This document shows, one piece after another, positions 34,827 to 48,925 of a stretch of DNA of 64,000 nt. Below the pieces are notes generated by a model. That model searched no databases and was not told where the DNA came from. It was given only the letters and a program-made list of their open reading frames with translations. Every line of letters begins with the position of its first letter. The stretch's first letter is position 1. A program made the position numbers and the translations under genes. Source of the DNA: Zancudomyces culisetae HAW-14-8 (taxonomy: Eukaryota > Fungi > Kickxellomycota); the NCBI GenBank assembly GCA_052426225.1, contig JBNJNM010000013.1:186001-250000 (forward strand). Direction: 5' to 3'.

Positions 34827-37800
34827 CCTCGCTTGAAAGCTCCGCTCGACTTGTTGATACTATCGAATCTTGAAGGTCTGCAGAGTAGTGCTGTTTTGAC
34901 TTTGGGTATTTTCTCGTTTGCACCTTCTCAATACAGTGTTCTCAGGCTTATCAAGAATAATACCAGCACGTTATTAAGGTGTATGTATCTTGCCTCAGAC
35001 AGGTTTTAGATATTTCCAACAGATAACTCTGCATTAAATGTTCTTAGAACAGCTATTTCAGAGTAAATCGTGCAAAACAGTAAATTGTTTCAAAAAAGCA
35101 AAGCTTTTTTTCTGTTCTATTGTTTTTATTGTGTTTTTTTTTTACCAAGCTTTTCCTACCTTCACTACTAATTTAGAATTTGGAAAATGAAACCCGAAAA
35201 TTTTCAGGCTGCCTTATGGGTGATGTAATACCTTAATTTTAATAGGCCAGCAACAATATACCAAGAAAGATTTAAGTAGAATTACCATTTTATCAACAAA
35301 ATAAAAAAAGAAGTTTTATTTCCTCAAGTTTGTTCTTCTAGGCGATGCGAGTGGTAAATGTCTAATGAAGCGCCAAATCTAAATCTGCTTCTCCAAGTCC
35401 ATTATCCTTTTCTTAAAAATTCCAGCAAGGTGTTTGGAATGTTCAAAAAAAAATTTTTTTTTCACTGGTTTTAGGAATGCTTTAACTTGGCAACCAGGAG
35501 TACACCCAGAAATTCAAAAATTAGCATTTAAAAAAAAATCACATAACATACACAATAGATGCGTGATAGATAATAAAAAAAAATTCCTCTCTGGTAACCA
35601 AATACAATTACATAAAATGGGCTAATAGACTAATGCCTAACATCAGAGATTGAAATGAAATTTTTCAATTCGATTTTCTTGTCCTGTCCTTTGTGTGCAC
35701 ATAAATTTGGTGAATTATGAGCAAAAGAAAATGAATCTATAAACATGCTCTACACATGAAGTGGCTCAAGTGTCTTTTTACTTTTGTTAACTGAATTGTA
35801 ATGCGGTAAAAATTCCAGTGTTCTATACAGCTATAGTGCTAGCCAGCTTGGTGTGTTTCTGATGGTAACAACCTTCACTAGTGCTATGGTTGTAGATTCT
35901 ATGTGTGGATAATCGAAATTAACAAGTTTAATAATCCCGAGATAATGTATGAAGTTCTCCACATCACCATATATTTAGCATGAGGTTGCAGCGAATCATC
36001 TTGCTTCAGCCTCTTGCTATTGAAACAAGCTTTTTTTTTTTATTTCAGGCAAGTATATAGAGTTCATGACATTGCGTGCTAGTGGCAGCAAATAAAAAAG
36101 GATGCCAATCACATAATACTAGTTGGAAAAATAATTTTGCAAGCACTAAAAATGGCGCTAAACCATTTTCCCATACAATCTTGGCGTCTGCCAACAGTTT
36201 AGTTCATGGAAATAATAGCAGCAAAGCTGCTATACACAGCATTTTTTTTCTATGTGTGGTGCTACCATGCACGTAATGTTTTGTTTTAAAGATGGTGAAC
36301 AAGTTGAGGCACTTATTGCATAGTAATTGTCGAAAACGGGTGTGCATGATCAGTAAACCTCATTTATACCGATTGCCTTTAGTTTATAATACCACTTAGC
36401 CTTGAAAATAATAAAGCTGGGAAAACAGCATTGTCCGTTATTTCCGCTTTCATAGTACGTCTTCCTACACTTAAAAAACAAACAAAATTTTAGAGCAAAA
36501 TAATAACAATTTTTTTGCTTTGGGTTTTTAATGTGTTTGTTAGATTTCTCTGTGAAATTCTTTTTGGATAGTTTAAATGACACAAGAAAAATAAAACAGA
36601 AAAGACACATAGGAGAAAGAACGGTACCAATATTATTCGTAAACACAGTTTTTTATTTGTAAGCAATTCTACTGTCTTTCCTTCCCTCACCCCCCCCCAA
36701 AATCACCTACGAAGTGTGGAATTTTTATTCCACTATCAACACATTTCTCTGCCGTATCTGCTTAGTAATGCGAAAAACAGGGCAGTTTCAAAAGCACGCC
36801 AATTTTCAAACCTATAAGCAATTTAGTAACAACCAATTCGCAATCCCACCATGTTTTTCGATTATTTTCTCATCTGCTTTTTTTTTGTGCACCCTTTTTG
36901 AAAATACTGAGCAGCTTATTCGCCACTGACTAGGGAAAGGAATCGAACAGTCGGGTGATCATCTTATAATTTGGCAAAAAATCTCTACAAGATCGTTTCA
37001 AAACTCATTTCTTTATCCAATGTTCTTTCTTGCTTATAGTTACACACCCCTGTTTACAAGCATTCCTTCTTTCACCTACCAAATTAAATGATTATGTCAT
37101 CAAGGTGTAAACACATGCCCAGTTAGGAGAATGCCTATTGTACACAAAAAAAAATCCCTCCTTCTAAATAAAGGGGGGGGGATGGTTAGACAATTTAAGC
37201 TGCCAACTATTTGGCTGAAAACTATTAAAACTCGGAACGGAATTAGCAAAAAAAAGACAAAAAGGATTGTGATCCCTTTTCATGCTTTTTTGTAGCAACG
37301 AGATTTGGTAATTGCCGCATAAAAGACTTGTAAAAAAATAACAATAAAGTCTAGACGCCATAGAATCAGCCAACCATATTAAATAATTATTGGACGTCAA
37401 TAAAAGTATGTGCTTTCACACGAGTTTTATTAAATAAAACCAGTTCTTATAACAACAGCACAAAAATGCAAGGCAAGACAGTAACAATGGAGCGAAACAA
37501 CCCTGTTTAGCTCCATGCTGCCACATGCTTCTAATAAAACCTTGAAACTCATTTCAAGAAATAAAAACGCCTACTTATGGATTAAAATATAAGCAAAGCA
37601 AAGCAAAGCAAAGAAAAGAAAACAAGTAGCTCATGGAGTGTGATAAATGATCTTTGTATTATGAGTTGTACACATGTAAAGTGCGATATTAATATATAGA
37701 AATGTGATGATATGTATATACTTTTTAATGAGCTTGGCTTGCCATATTCTACTTGGTTATTCTTCAGAGTTAATAAACAGTGGCGTGTTAAAAATATTTG

Positions 37801-38318
37801 GTTTAATTTGAATTTCCTCACCAAGTTAGCGCAAGATAAAAAAAGGGGAGGGATTTTAGTTCCAAGATAAAGGTGTTGTGCTTGAACAAGATATTATTTG
37901 TTTAAAAAAAGCACCTAATGTGAGGGGGGGTGGGGGGAGGTGACTAGGTGAGAGAATTAAGCTTATATAATAGCATTACCAACAATAAAGTTTCAATGGT
38001 ATAGTGCACTCATGATAATTGTATGTTAAAGTTAACCAAATGAGGGCAAAGTATAGCAAATCTACGCCAAAATGTAAAATGTAGTGTATTCAAAAGCAAA
38101 GATAATTTGGAGAAAGAGCCAAAAACTAAAAAATGAAAATTGTACAATGTGAAGGGGAAAAAAAAGTGATTCGAGACTTGTGAGTATGAGGTAGACAGCC
38201 ATACTCCAAATATCACACAGATAGACACAAATAGTCGGCCCAGTAATAAAGAAAAAAATGTTGAGAGAGTGGAATAATAAGTAATGAATAATAAGTAAAG
38301 GGAGATAAATAATTTAGA

Positions 38319-41057
38319 TCATTCTAAATATCGGTATTCGAATCTAAAATCACTCTTCTTCCTTTGGCACCAGCTACCCTCATAGTCAAAGTATAAATAG
38401 GTTCCTTCTTCGTAGTCATCGGTGATCTGAACCGGTTCATCATAGCGCTGGAACCATGTCAGATATTTTTTGTGAAACCTCCAGCTTTGCTTTTTTAGCT
38501 CGCGAGCAGCCAAGAGTTGCAGCCGTGAGTTTTTCTGATAATAAAACATAAAAAACAAAGTATCTATTCCTAAATTTACATACGAGTCAGGATGGGTAAA
38601 AATATCCAACCGGGACTGTGGATAGTAAGGGGGTGTTTCTACAGGATTTGTAGGGGTGTACGGCTTTGGCCTATAGATTATTTAGGAAAATTAATGATTG
38701 TTTTTTGTTAATTTGCCTAGCTGACCAGTATGGCAAAACAGCACCGTTAAAAAAAAAAAAAAAAAAAGTGCTTACTCTTCTTGATCTTGCATAGTGGGGA
38801 TGGATTGGAGACTCAGCTCCATCAGCTTTTTGCGATACAAACTGTCTTTGCCTAAAGGTGCATACTTCTCGCTATTTTTCAAATAAACGGAGTATAAATC
38901 GGCGAGTGGCTCGGGCGGATTGAAATTGTGGAATAAATCGCATGCCAGAGTTGTAGGGTCAAATAGTGGATCTATTCGTAGTTTTAAATATTCGTAAATA
39001 TTCGTAAATACGCGTACATGTGTAAAAAATAATTGAATAAATGAATAATTTACCATTTGCAAAGACTTGGGAGATGGTCGAGTTATCAGGCTGGCTGGTT
39101 GCAGGTTTGTGCTGTTCAGATTTAGATTTGGGCGTAGGTTCAGTGACTGACGTAGTACCTTTTACACCATCTTTGAGCGCTACTACTCCATTGACTAGCC
39201 CATTTACCTTGGCCGAACCTCCGTCGCTAACCACAGATTTCGACTGTTTAGTTGCATTCAGCGCGTTTTTGCTTGCAGGTCTTCGCGATAGTAATTTACC
39301 TTGCTGGTCAGAATCATTCATGCTTATTGTAGGTCCAACTGTGTTTCGATTCATCTGTGAATCGTTACCCGCAGAAGCCACACCAAGACTAGCTACAGCC
39401 GCCCATGGTTGAGGTAGAGCGTGTGCAGGAATTGGTGCCGGTACAATTATAGGCATCAGCCCAGGTTGAGAAACCGATGAAACTGGACCCAAAACCGATG
39501 CATTTATCTGTGCATTGGTAATGCTGGTGCTGCTAGGGTTATAAACGCCACTAGGTGCTGCTGCTGCTGCTCCCACGTTACCCACCACATTTGCCACTGG
39601 TACTGCAGCTGCTGGTATAGCCGTTGCTGTTGCTGTAGCCGCAGCTGTTGTTGAAGCTGCTGATATTCCAGATGATGTGGTGACTACCTGCGCCACTGGT
39701 GATTTGGCAAGGTTATGCGTGGAAATCTTTCGCATAGGTTTCGTGTCTATCTGTGCATTCGGTGCGCTGACAGCTGATGCTGTTGTTTGAATGTTTGGTG
39801 TGGTTCCTGTAGATTTTGCTGTTGTGCTTTCTCGTGTTTCCAGTGAGAGATTCTAAAATTCCAACATATTTATGTTAATATCGATATCCCCTCGTCGTTG
39901 CCACATGTATTTGCCCTTAACACCCTACGTTTCACTTACCTTTATATCAATATCTTTGAATTCCTCGTTGATTTTTTCTACACCTTCTTTTTCTATTTAT
40001 CGATATCATTCATGTATAAGCATCCACCATACACAGATATATACAACTATATATATATCAAGAGTTGTAATAAAAAAAAATAGAAACTTACCATCACCAC
40101 TTTCAAAATCTTCCTCCTCATCACCACCAACATTAAATAGCTCTTCACTATCCAAATTTAGATCATCGTATATTGCCTCATCTTCTACAAAATCCTCATC
40201 TCCATTTTCCTCCACATAGTAATTCACATCTTCCTGAATATCCTGAACTTGCTCCAGAGTTATTGATTCGTTTTCGAGCAACCTTTGAATCCTTTCCAAG
40301 CATTTAATATGATGCTTATGTCGCTCCACTCGTTCCCCCAGCTCTTTCACTCGCTCCAGTTTTGCATGATCTTTTTTCTTTTTCCCAAGTGTTGACGTTA
40401 TTTTTTCTGCTTCTGCTTCATATACATCTACTTGTGTTGAGAGTTTTTCTACTTGTTCAACAAGCCAATTACACACGTCCTGTTTCTGCTTTTCTCGTGG
40501 ATCTAGCTTCATCGATTGTAACAATCCCTCTTTGCTGTATGCCTTTGTCTTCATTTCCTTTTCAATCGCCTTAAATCGCTCCATTTGCTATTTCAGTATA
40601 TAGTTTTTTTTATACTCACATCTACCTTTTCTATCCATCTACAATATCTCCACTCTTCTTTCTCTTTTTCTCTCTATGCACAGAGTTTAATTGCTTTCAC
40701 TTACCTTTTCTATTAACTTTCGATGATGCAACAAGTCTTGCTTATCTTTAACATCGCTGCTTTGAATCCATGCCTTAATCTGGTCCCTCATCCGCTGTAG
40801 CTTTTTGATTTCTTTTTTTAAATCCGCTTCATGTTTCTCCTTTTGACTCGCTGTCGCTGCATTCTGTACTTTTTCGTAACAGCTTTCAAACTCTTCTATT
40901 CCCTCCGCCACCTTTTTAAACACCCTCTCGATTTCAGCTATTTTTGTTATGTTACACTTTCAAGCTGTGGTTTTGGATTACACAATTAAGAGGATACAAA
41001 ACACAATTTGTGTTCGAACATTGAAGAAAATAACATACCTTGCAGTTTCCGCGACAT
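38319..41057 (-). CDS. NOT3: CCR4-NOT subunit Not3/Not5, 7 exons
   Basis: [52 protein letters not shown], and NOT box [29 protein letters not shown]. Confidence 0.96.
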
Positions 41058-42459
41058 TGTGTTTTATTTTTACCCCCTCCTATATTTGTATTATGTACAC
41101 ACAACTTTTAGTTCAATATTCATTCGATTTTTCTTTGCGATTGATGGATGAATCATGTATTCTTTAAATATGTATTTGACAACATTTTATCAAATTTTAT
41201 TTTAATTGTACAGATTATAGCCAAAATTTTGTTCATTCCATTTAACCATAACAAAGAATGTAGTTGTTTCGTACTAATTTCCAATCATCAGAAAATGTAA
41301 AATTTTGATTATTCAAATACCTTTCTAAAGTACCCTGATATCTCAATTCTATTTTCTATATCTAACAACCTTTAGGTTTCTCTCCGGCAATAGAAAATTT
41401 CACAAATATCCTTTTATTTTTTGTTAGGTTGTAACTTAATCTTTATGCTTTTAAATAAAGGTGTTTAGTATTTTAATTCTCATTAGCTCTATTTTCCAAC
41501 TTTATTAAATGTTTTTATTTTTTTTAGTGGATGGCCTTTATTGTTCTAATCTCATTGTTATTATTTTGTTGTATTTTTTTATTATTAACTCTCCAATTTC
41601 TGGTTAGTATTTGGTGAGAAATGCTATAACAGCAATGCTATAATACCCTTAAATTGCGACCACTTAATTTTTTAAGCAGGCTTTTTCTGGTTTATTGGCC
41701 ACATCTAATCAGAAATCTACAAAACCAAACTTTGAAAGCTAAAAAGTACTAAATGAAGATGCAGAAAACGCATCAGAGCACAATTTTGAAAAAGTAAGGC
41801 CGATGTAAAGTTGGTCCCACAATTTCATGATATTATGTACTAACTGTGTATTAAAAGTAGGTAGAGCAATGACCACAGGTGGGTTGTGAAACTCTATTTT
41901 TATAAATTCACTCCCATTTATATGCGCTTTTGTGTCATATTTTGTATCAAGTGATACTTATAAAGCAAGTTTTGAGAATGTGGAACGGGAACGCTTAATA
42001 CATTTAGCCATTATCCTCCTCATTTCTTCAATAGGTCTATATATAAAACATACTATTGTTCTGATAATAGTCGTGATATATCTATAAAATTCGTTTTTAA
42101 TACATTACAAATTTACACCAACTCCGATATCAATTTCAATATCAATTTACAGCCTTTACGTCGTTTGAGACTCTACCGCGTAAAATGTAGTTCTACCTAG
42201 AATCTTAATCTCATATGGTTTAAAAAATAAATATCATCAAATATCAGCAAGGGAAACCAAGGCGGAATACTAAGGTTAGTCACAAGGGCTAGATAAAACT
42301 TGAAGTATTCCTGAATAGTGAATCCTCATACACTTTTATATATCCACTTTTTTGTGCTCTCTTCCAGTCACATCTTTGTTAACACAAATAAAAAATACAT
42401 CCCAAAAAGACTCAAATAAAAGACATAGCAAAAGACAAAAAGAAAAATGATAAACGTGT

Positions 42460-43032
42460 CTAGTGATTTCGCTCCTCCCTAACACGATCCCATGGGTTGG
42501 CGTCCATTTTGTTCTGTCTAACCTTATCCCAAGGATCTTCACCTTCTCTTATAACCGTCTCAGGGAGCTCTCCAGTAGGAGGCTGTGTGGGCACAAAAGT
42601 GGGATCATTTAGATTATCGCTATCTGAGGCTTTTGAAGGTGGTAATTTTTCAAAGTCCGGTTTTTCTGTAGGAAGCATCGTAAATCTTCCATCTTTACGA
42701 GTTCGTTTTATCTCTTCTCCAATATCTTTAATAGCTTGTGTGACATTTGGATATGCTGGGTTTTCATACGCGTGCCTCAAAAACCAAAAGCCAGTAAACA
42801 TCTTTCCTGCTCTATAGCCAAATGAACCGCACAATAGACCAAAGGTTCCCTTAAAAAACCAAGATTTTCGCCTAGCCAGGTATAAAATACCGCTGAGTCC
42901 TGCCAAACCCCCGAGCGTACTGTTGATTTTCATTTTTCGTTTGCATTCGTTGATAAGTTGCACCTCTGAGTCTAGGTGCTCTCCCTTCATGAGTTGCTTC
43001 TCAAGTACTTCGAGTGGATTTAATCTGGGCAT
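42460..43032 (-). CDS. Hypothetical small membrane protein (possibly mitochondrial, OCIA-like)
   Basis: 190-aa ATG ORF with two Gly-rich hydrophobic segments and repeated PWD(K/R)VR at the C-terminus. Confidence 0.7.
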   Translation of the reverse strand: MPRLNPLEVLEKQLMKGEHLDSEVQLINECKRKMKINSTLGGLAGLSGILYLARRKSWFFKGTFGLLCGSFGYRAGKMFTGFWFLRHAYENPAYPNVTQAIKDIGEEIKRTRKDGRFTMLPTEKPDFEKLPPSKASDSDNLNDPTFVPTQPPTGELPETVIREGEDPWDKVRQNKMDANPWDRVREERNH

Positions 43033-44299
43033 TGTTAAATATGTTTTGATTGTATCTGTTTCTAAAGTGATTAGTGTATGTCTATTGTGTTAAAATTTGC
43101 ACTGAAATTTAATAGTTTCCTGTTTTCTTTTAAAAGATATTATATTCTTTTCCTTTCAGTCTCATTTAACCCAAGAACCTCTTATTAAAACGTTGGCAAA
43201 ATAAAAATAAAACCCACAGACTTTTCTGCATGAATATGGTTTCCAACCTTTATACCTCTATGATTGGTGCACTACTCTTGAAATCCATTCACTCCCACCT
43301 ATCAGTGAATTTTTATTTGCTCTCCTTGATTTTGCAATAAGGGAAATGGGTAAAGGGAGTTTCAAAAATTTTAAAAAAAATAAGATAGGGTCAAACATCA
43401 ATTGCCTGTATAGCCGAGTTTCTGCTACAATGATGTGATAAGATAATGACGCTTTTCGTGTTCAAATCGAAAATCTTTGTTCTAATCTACCAAAACGTCT
43501 ATAAATCATAAATACCTACAAGAAGAAAAAAAAACAAAGCTTTACAGAGATCTGTTTATAGAAATATGTGTCGGAGACTGAGCTGATATTAGACCATCAT
43601 TTTATAACAGCAAGCATCTCAATTTATACTGGGCCCATTTGGTACTAAATAAACGCCACATCCATAAAGGTACCTAATAAGAAAGTTTCTATTGCATACA
43701 CAGTAGAGTATACCAGAAATGTTAATGAATACTGTTTACTAAGATATGTGCTGGTTTGTAGGGATCACTGCTTAAAGATATCTTCTTGTGGGCTTATAAG
43801 TTATACGAGACCATATGTACTTTTCTATTTGCACACCAGCGATGAGTATCTTTATTGACAGCTCAACCCTCATGTTTGTGGACACAGGGGGTAAATTAGC
43901 TGTATGTATAATAAGCCTTGTTTATTCAACTTGGATAAAATAGGGCTTAATTTCTAACAGAAACCGCTTTTTTGGCGTTTTTTTTAAATATTTTTTAATT
44001 GTATTTATTTGCTGAAATCCCGAATAGAGCTATTTTTTTTTCTAAAAAAATGCGAAGCACAAAAAACAAAAATAAAGCAAAGGTATATAATCAGCTAGAA
44101 ATCAAGAATCATTAACAATTGACTCGAGCAGCTAGGACTAAAACATACGCTTTCAGAGATTTAAACTTCAAAAAACTAAATATTCGAGTAATCCGAGTTA
44201 TAAATTATCAACATTCGAAGTATTTCCAAACCATCATTCTTCGATTTACTTGTTATATACGACCAAAAAAAAACAGCACATATAGATTTTTAATTGGTA

Positions 44300-46001
44300 A
44301 TGGCCTCCAATCCGACAAAGTAAGCTAGTATTATATATCTATTTTAAGAGATACAATAAATTTTTTTTGCAATCCCTCTTTCTTCCTCTTGCAATCGAAT
44401 AAAAACAGAAACCATATGCAAATAATAATAGAAAATTAGGAACGGATTTCTTATGTTCTGTAAAATATGAAAATGTGCTGCCCCCTGAACAGTTTCCGCC
44501 AAAACTACTTCCAGTAATAAATGCAGACATACAGAAAAATGCGGGAATAAGTGAAAGTCAAGCCGAAAAGATTAAATACTCTAAATACAGACACAACACA
44601 CTTGAAGAAAGCTTACCCTACCCACTATATGTGGATGAGGATCTGGGGATGCCTTTGGATTTATGTCTACTAGGAGTATTTGATAACTTAGGTAACAACT
44701 CCCTCATCTTTGCATTGTATTTATTCAGATTTTGAATCAGCAATATAACATTGTGTTGCTATTGCAAACAGGTATAGATGGCGAAAAGAACAAAGAACCC
44801 GAATTATTGGATGAAGAAGATATGTTTTTGCTAGGAGAAAACTACGTGAATAATAACAAATATATGGCGAATGGAGGTATAAACAAGAGTACACATGTCC
44901 AGGGTGTTCTAGGTGGTGGATTGTATGGTCAGATCAACACAGGAAAGCAGATGGGTCAATACACGGTAACGACCGGAGCCAGGTCTGGAATACTTGGTGG
45001 TCTCAAGAAGGGGTCATCTATGTATTCCGGGACAGGAATGAGCCCTGATATAGGCGGGAAGTCGTTGTTGGAGGGACTTAGGGGTGATGGCATTCGGTAA
45101 GTGAATCAGATCAAACACGCTTTATATACATTTTATAAAGCTGTGGATGTGTACATTTGTATCTTTATTTTTTTTGCTTCTATATGATCTTTTGGTTAAT
45201 TGTAGGAACATGAAAAGAAAAGCGGAAGAATTTGATGATTCTGTTGAAGGACAACGCCAGTTTATTACGAAAACGCTTAAGAAATCAGAGAAGATAATGC
45301 TTGATCATGACGTCGAAAAAAACGTATTGGATAGTCTAGTACATCCAACCGACAAATCAGCAAAGGCAATGAAAATGATACCTGTTTTTCCAGATTTTTT
45401 TATGTGGCAAAATGACTATAGCCTGTTCACTTTTGATGATCTGCCAATGCCCCCCTTTATTTCTGAGAATGAGAAAAATGTTGTCGACCTAGAAGAAAAT
45501 AAAACACTTTCAGACCAAGCATACAATACCACTCTTCTAAGAGCCAGAGAGAAGGCGCGTGGGTACTTTGATAAGGGAAAGCAGGTATGGCTTGAGTACT
45601 TTTTACCAGAGAGTAGGGATACAGCTGCAGTTGTTGCCGAAAAACGCGAACTGGGGTCCGTTGATAGCCCTAGAGATGAAAGCGACACTCAGGTTGAAGG
45701 TGATCTTATATACAAGCTTGCAAGGGAATATGAATTTGCAACAGCTCCAGATGCCCTACGCCAAGATAATTTGCTGCTTTCTATACGACGAAATGAGAGA
45801 ACTAACGAGCCAGAAGCATTTTACATGCCAATTAAATCAAGATTTATTATGAAAAGACGAAACCAAGCGTCCACTAACTACCTTCAAGAAGATGTTGAGG
45901 ATGATACGTCGGTATCACATATTTCTTTATCCTTCCGTGCACCTAATGCTGATGAACTCAGTGCTTCGCAGAGTGCGCTATCCCAACTGTACAATGACTA
46001 G
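44300..46001 (+). CDS. PAF1: RNA polymerase II-associated factor Paf1, 4 exons
   Basis: DFLCSVKYENVLPP..FPPKL, DLGMPLDL, LVHPTDK..IPVFPD, YKLAREY, AFYMPIKSR. Confidence 0.88.
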
Positions 46002-46139
46002 TGTTTCTCTTAATTATTTCATTCTAATTGTTTTTAAACATAATTCCTACACAACAATAAAATAAATACATGAGGATATATATTCTGCTTTCCCAGATTC
46101 CAGAATTCTTTTGTGCGATGTTATCTATTTTACACTTTC

Positions 46140-46814
46140 TCATTTCGGAGAGTCGCTCCAAAGCTTTGAGATTAAGAAGTTTAATAAAAAAAATGAAATA
46201 ACTATGAGTATCGTCAGATAACAAAACAAGTTGGAGTTATTTGAGCCAATGACCCTAGAAAGTTCTCGTTGACCTCTGGTCACAGCTCCGTCGAGCACTC
46301 CCATCGACTGGCCCTATTTTATTGAAATACATATAGATTTGGAGATATTAGCCTAATTTTAGTTTGCAACTATGCAAATAAGTTTTTTTTTTTTTTTAAA
46401 AAAAAAAAGACGTAAAAGTACATACTGTTCCGTCTAAAAATGAATTTTGGTTGTTGACATCTTGATATATATCATTTGTAACCTATTCATTTAGTAGTCA
46501 AAAAAATAGCTGTAAGTTTGATTTTTATTCTAAGTGTTCCTCATTTTTACTAGCACAATCCCCATAAACTTGAATTGATTTGTACTATCACAGATATCTA
46601 TTCCTTTTGTCTGTTACGCTTATTTTTGATATATAATAACTACTCTGAAAATGGAAATACTTGCCCCTCGTAACAGACCAACTTTGTTTGATAATTCCTT
46701 CAAGCGAATGTCGTTTTGAGTTTCTAGCATGTATTCGGTGTCATTTGTCGAGCCAAAATCCACCCTCGTCTCCACTCTCGCAGAATCTCTCGCTCTGGCT
46801 TTTCCTTTCGACAT
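46140..46814 (-). CDS. BET1: ER-Golgi Qc-SNARE Bet1-like, 3 exons
   Basis: LETQNDIRLKELSNKVGLLRG|VTNDIYQDVNNQNSFLDGT|GQSM... followed by a C-terminal TM segment; the first intron has a GC donor. Confidence 0.85.
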
Positions 46815-47455
46815 TTTCTACCTTGTATCTATATACCTGTTAACAAGATCTCAATGCCCCAGTGATTGTCGATTATCGTGCCAATGAGTTCAAGTATACC
46901 AGATAAGCACCAAAAAGATATTTGAATATCAGAATCGTCGGCTATTATCTTCACTAATTAAGTCTTGAACCGGGTATTGTTTTCAGCTTTTTGCTTTTCA
47001 GGACCAAGTATGTACTTTTAAAACTAAATACAAAGCAGCAAAAAAATCCAAAGTTGAATTATAAAATTATATTCATGCACATTCAACCTTTAAACGTGAC
47101 AACTCAATCATAACAATTCCCCCAATTATGCACAAATAAGAAAACACCACCATTTTCCTCACTTTATCGTTCAACATTTGCCTCTTTTCACCATTTTTCA
47201 TGTTTTCCATCAAGTAAAAAGAATCACATGTCTGCACAACGACCATTGGCTATTCCAACCTGTTTGAAACCAATTTGTAACATTACCGATATCAGAATTA
47301 ATCTATCTTGTAGCTGTATTTCTGTATACTTGGATATACGCTTTCGTCAATTTTATAAACAGATTTAGGAGCAATAATTACTTTAGGCACACACCCGTAT
47401 ATATAAACTTATAAAATATTTTTGACACATATCGATTAATTGAGGAGATTTCACA

Positions 47456-48925
47456 ATGATAGAAACATACGGCAGGGAATTTGAAAACGACGATTACAAT
47501 ACAATATCAGCACTTTTAGAAAAGAGTGTTAGGGCGGTAACAATTGGAAATACTAAAACTGCTTGCAACAGGATATTCCAAGCAATCCAGAAGTTTGAAG
47601 AAAGCGATAATGTTTTTATAAATGGCGACACTAATGAAAACCGTCTAGTGACTAACCAAGTTGAGGATGAAACACGCACTATTAGATCCGGTATATGGAA
47701 GGTCTATCTGCTTATTCTGGGCTCCATCATTGAAAATATACGAGATACAGATGATCTGGAATTTGTTTTTACCGAGAATAGTCAAAAAAGTATTGGAAAA
47801 GCAGGTCAAAGGCTTGGTAGCTTCTCCAGATTAAACGAATTCCCTAGATCAGTTTCAGCTCTCCAAATGCAAATAGAAATTGCTTATGGATCCTTTGGAA
47901 GTATAGAAATAGACGTATTTGAAGCAATGTAGGTGGAATATGCTTTCAGTATATATATTTTGCTATTAACGATAGCATCTAAGCTGCATTAGAGCACATT
48001 TTATCCGTTGTAACTTATTTTTAATATTTCCATTGTATAGGATATCACTCTTGCTGTCAAAAAAGTTGCACACTAAGGCTAGGCTACTCGTTGAGGAATA
48101 TCTGGCTTCGATGCCACAGGAGTATTACGATTCAATGAATTCGTCTTCGGGGTCACAAGGAAATGCAGTATATCTATGTTACACCAACCTTATACGGACA
48201 TATGTTCTCGATATCCTCTGTGTTATCGAGCTATTTGACTTTGCACAGGATTTTATAAAATATAACGATTATTTAGAGGCCAGCTTTGTTCAGGTAAGCA
48301 ACCGTTTTCAGCTTTATTTAAATTGTTTCAAGAACTGCCTATTAAAAGTTGTACTAAATTCATGTTCAATATCATGCTAATTTGCAATAAAACCACCATT
48401 TAGAACCTTAGTGATGAAGTTCTATCAAGGAAAAATAAACAAGAACAATTAACAAACTTTCAGGCATTGAAAACTGCTGAAAGGGCGGCCAGGAAAAAAC
48501 AGCTAGAACAGGAAAAGGCAAAACAAGATGAAGACCGCAAGAAGAGAGCTGCCTCTATGGTATCCACTCCAACTACCACAAAAGGTTACACTTCTAAGCA
48601 TGCAGATTCGCCTGTCGCGGCAAAGAAAATAAACGAAATAGTGAGAGAAAACATTACTGGTGAATCCAGTTCCAGACCAGCTCAAACCCAGGTTGAAGCC
48701 CAAGATAGCTCAAAAAACTCATCCGTTTCTTCTGGTCACAAATTAGCTGCTAGTTACCTTGTGAAACTCGTTAAAAATAATATGGGCACCATAAACATAG
48801 TTATACTTATTGTGTTAGTTATCAACTATATTCGAAAAAAATATCCCATGGGGAGACTGTTACCATTATTTGTGGAAAAACTCAAAATAGCCACCACGAT
48901 GGCTACAAAAATTACCTATATGTAA
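47456..48925 (+). CDS. PEX26: Peroxin Pex26-like tail-anchored protein, 3 exons
   Basis: ARLLVEEYLA, YVLDIL..FDFAQDFI, C-terminal TM and tail KLKIATTMATKITYM, resembling the fungal Pex26 tail (K..T.GM..KVSYI). Confidence 0.72.
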
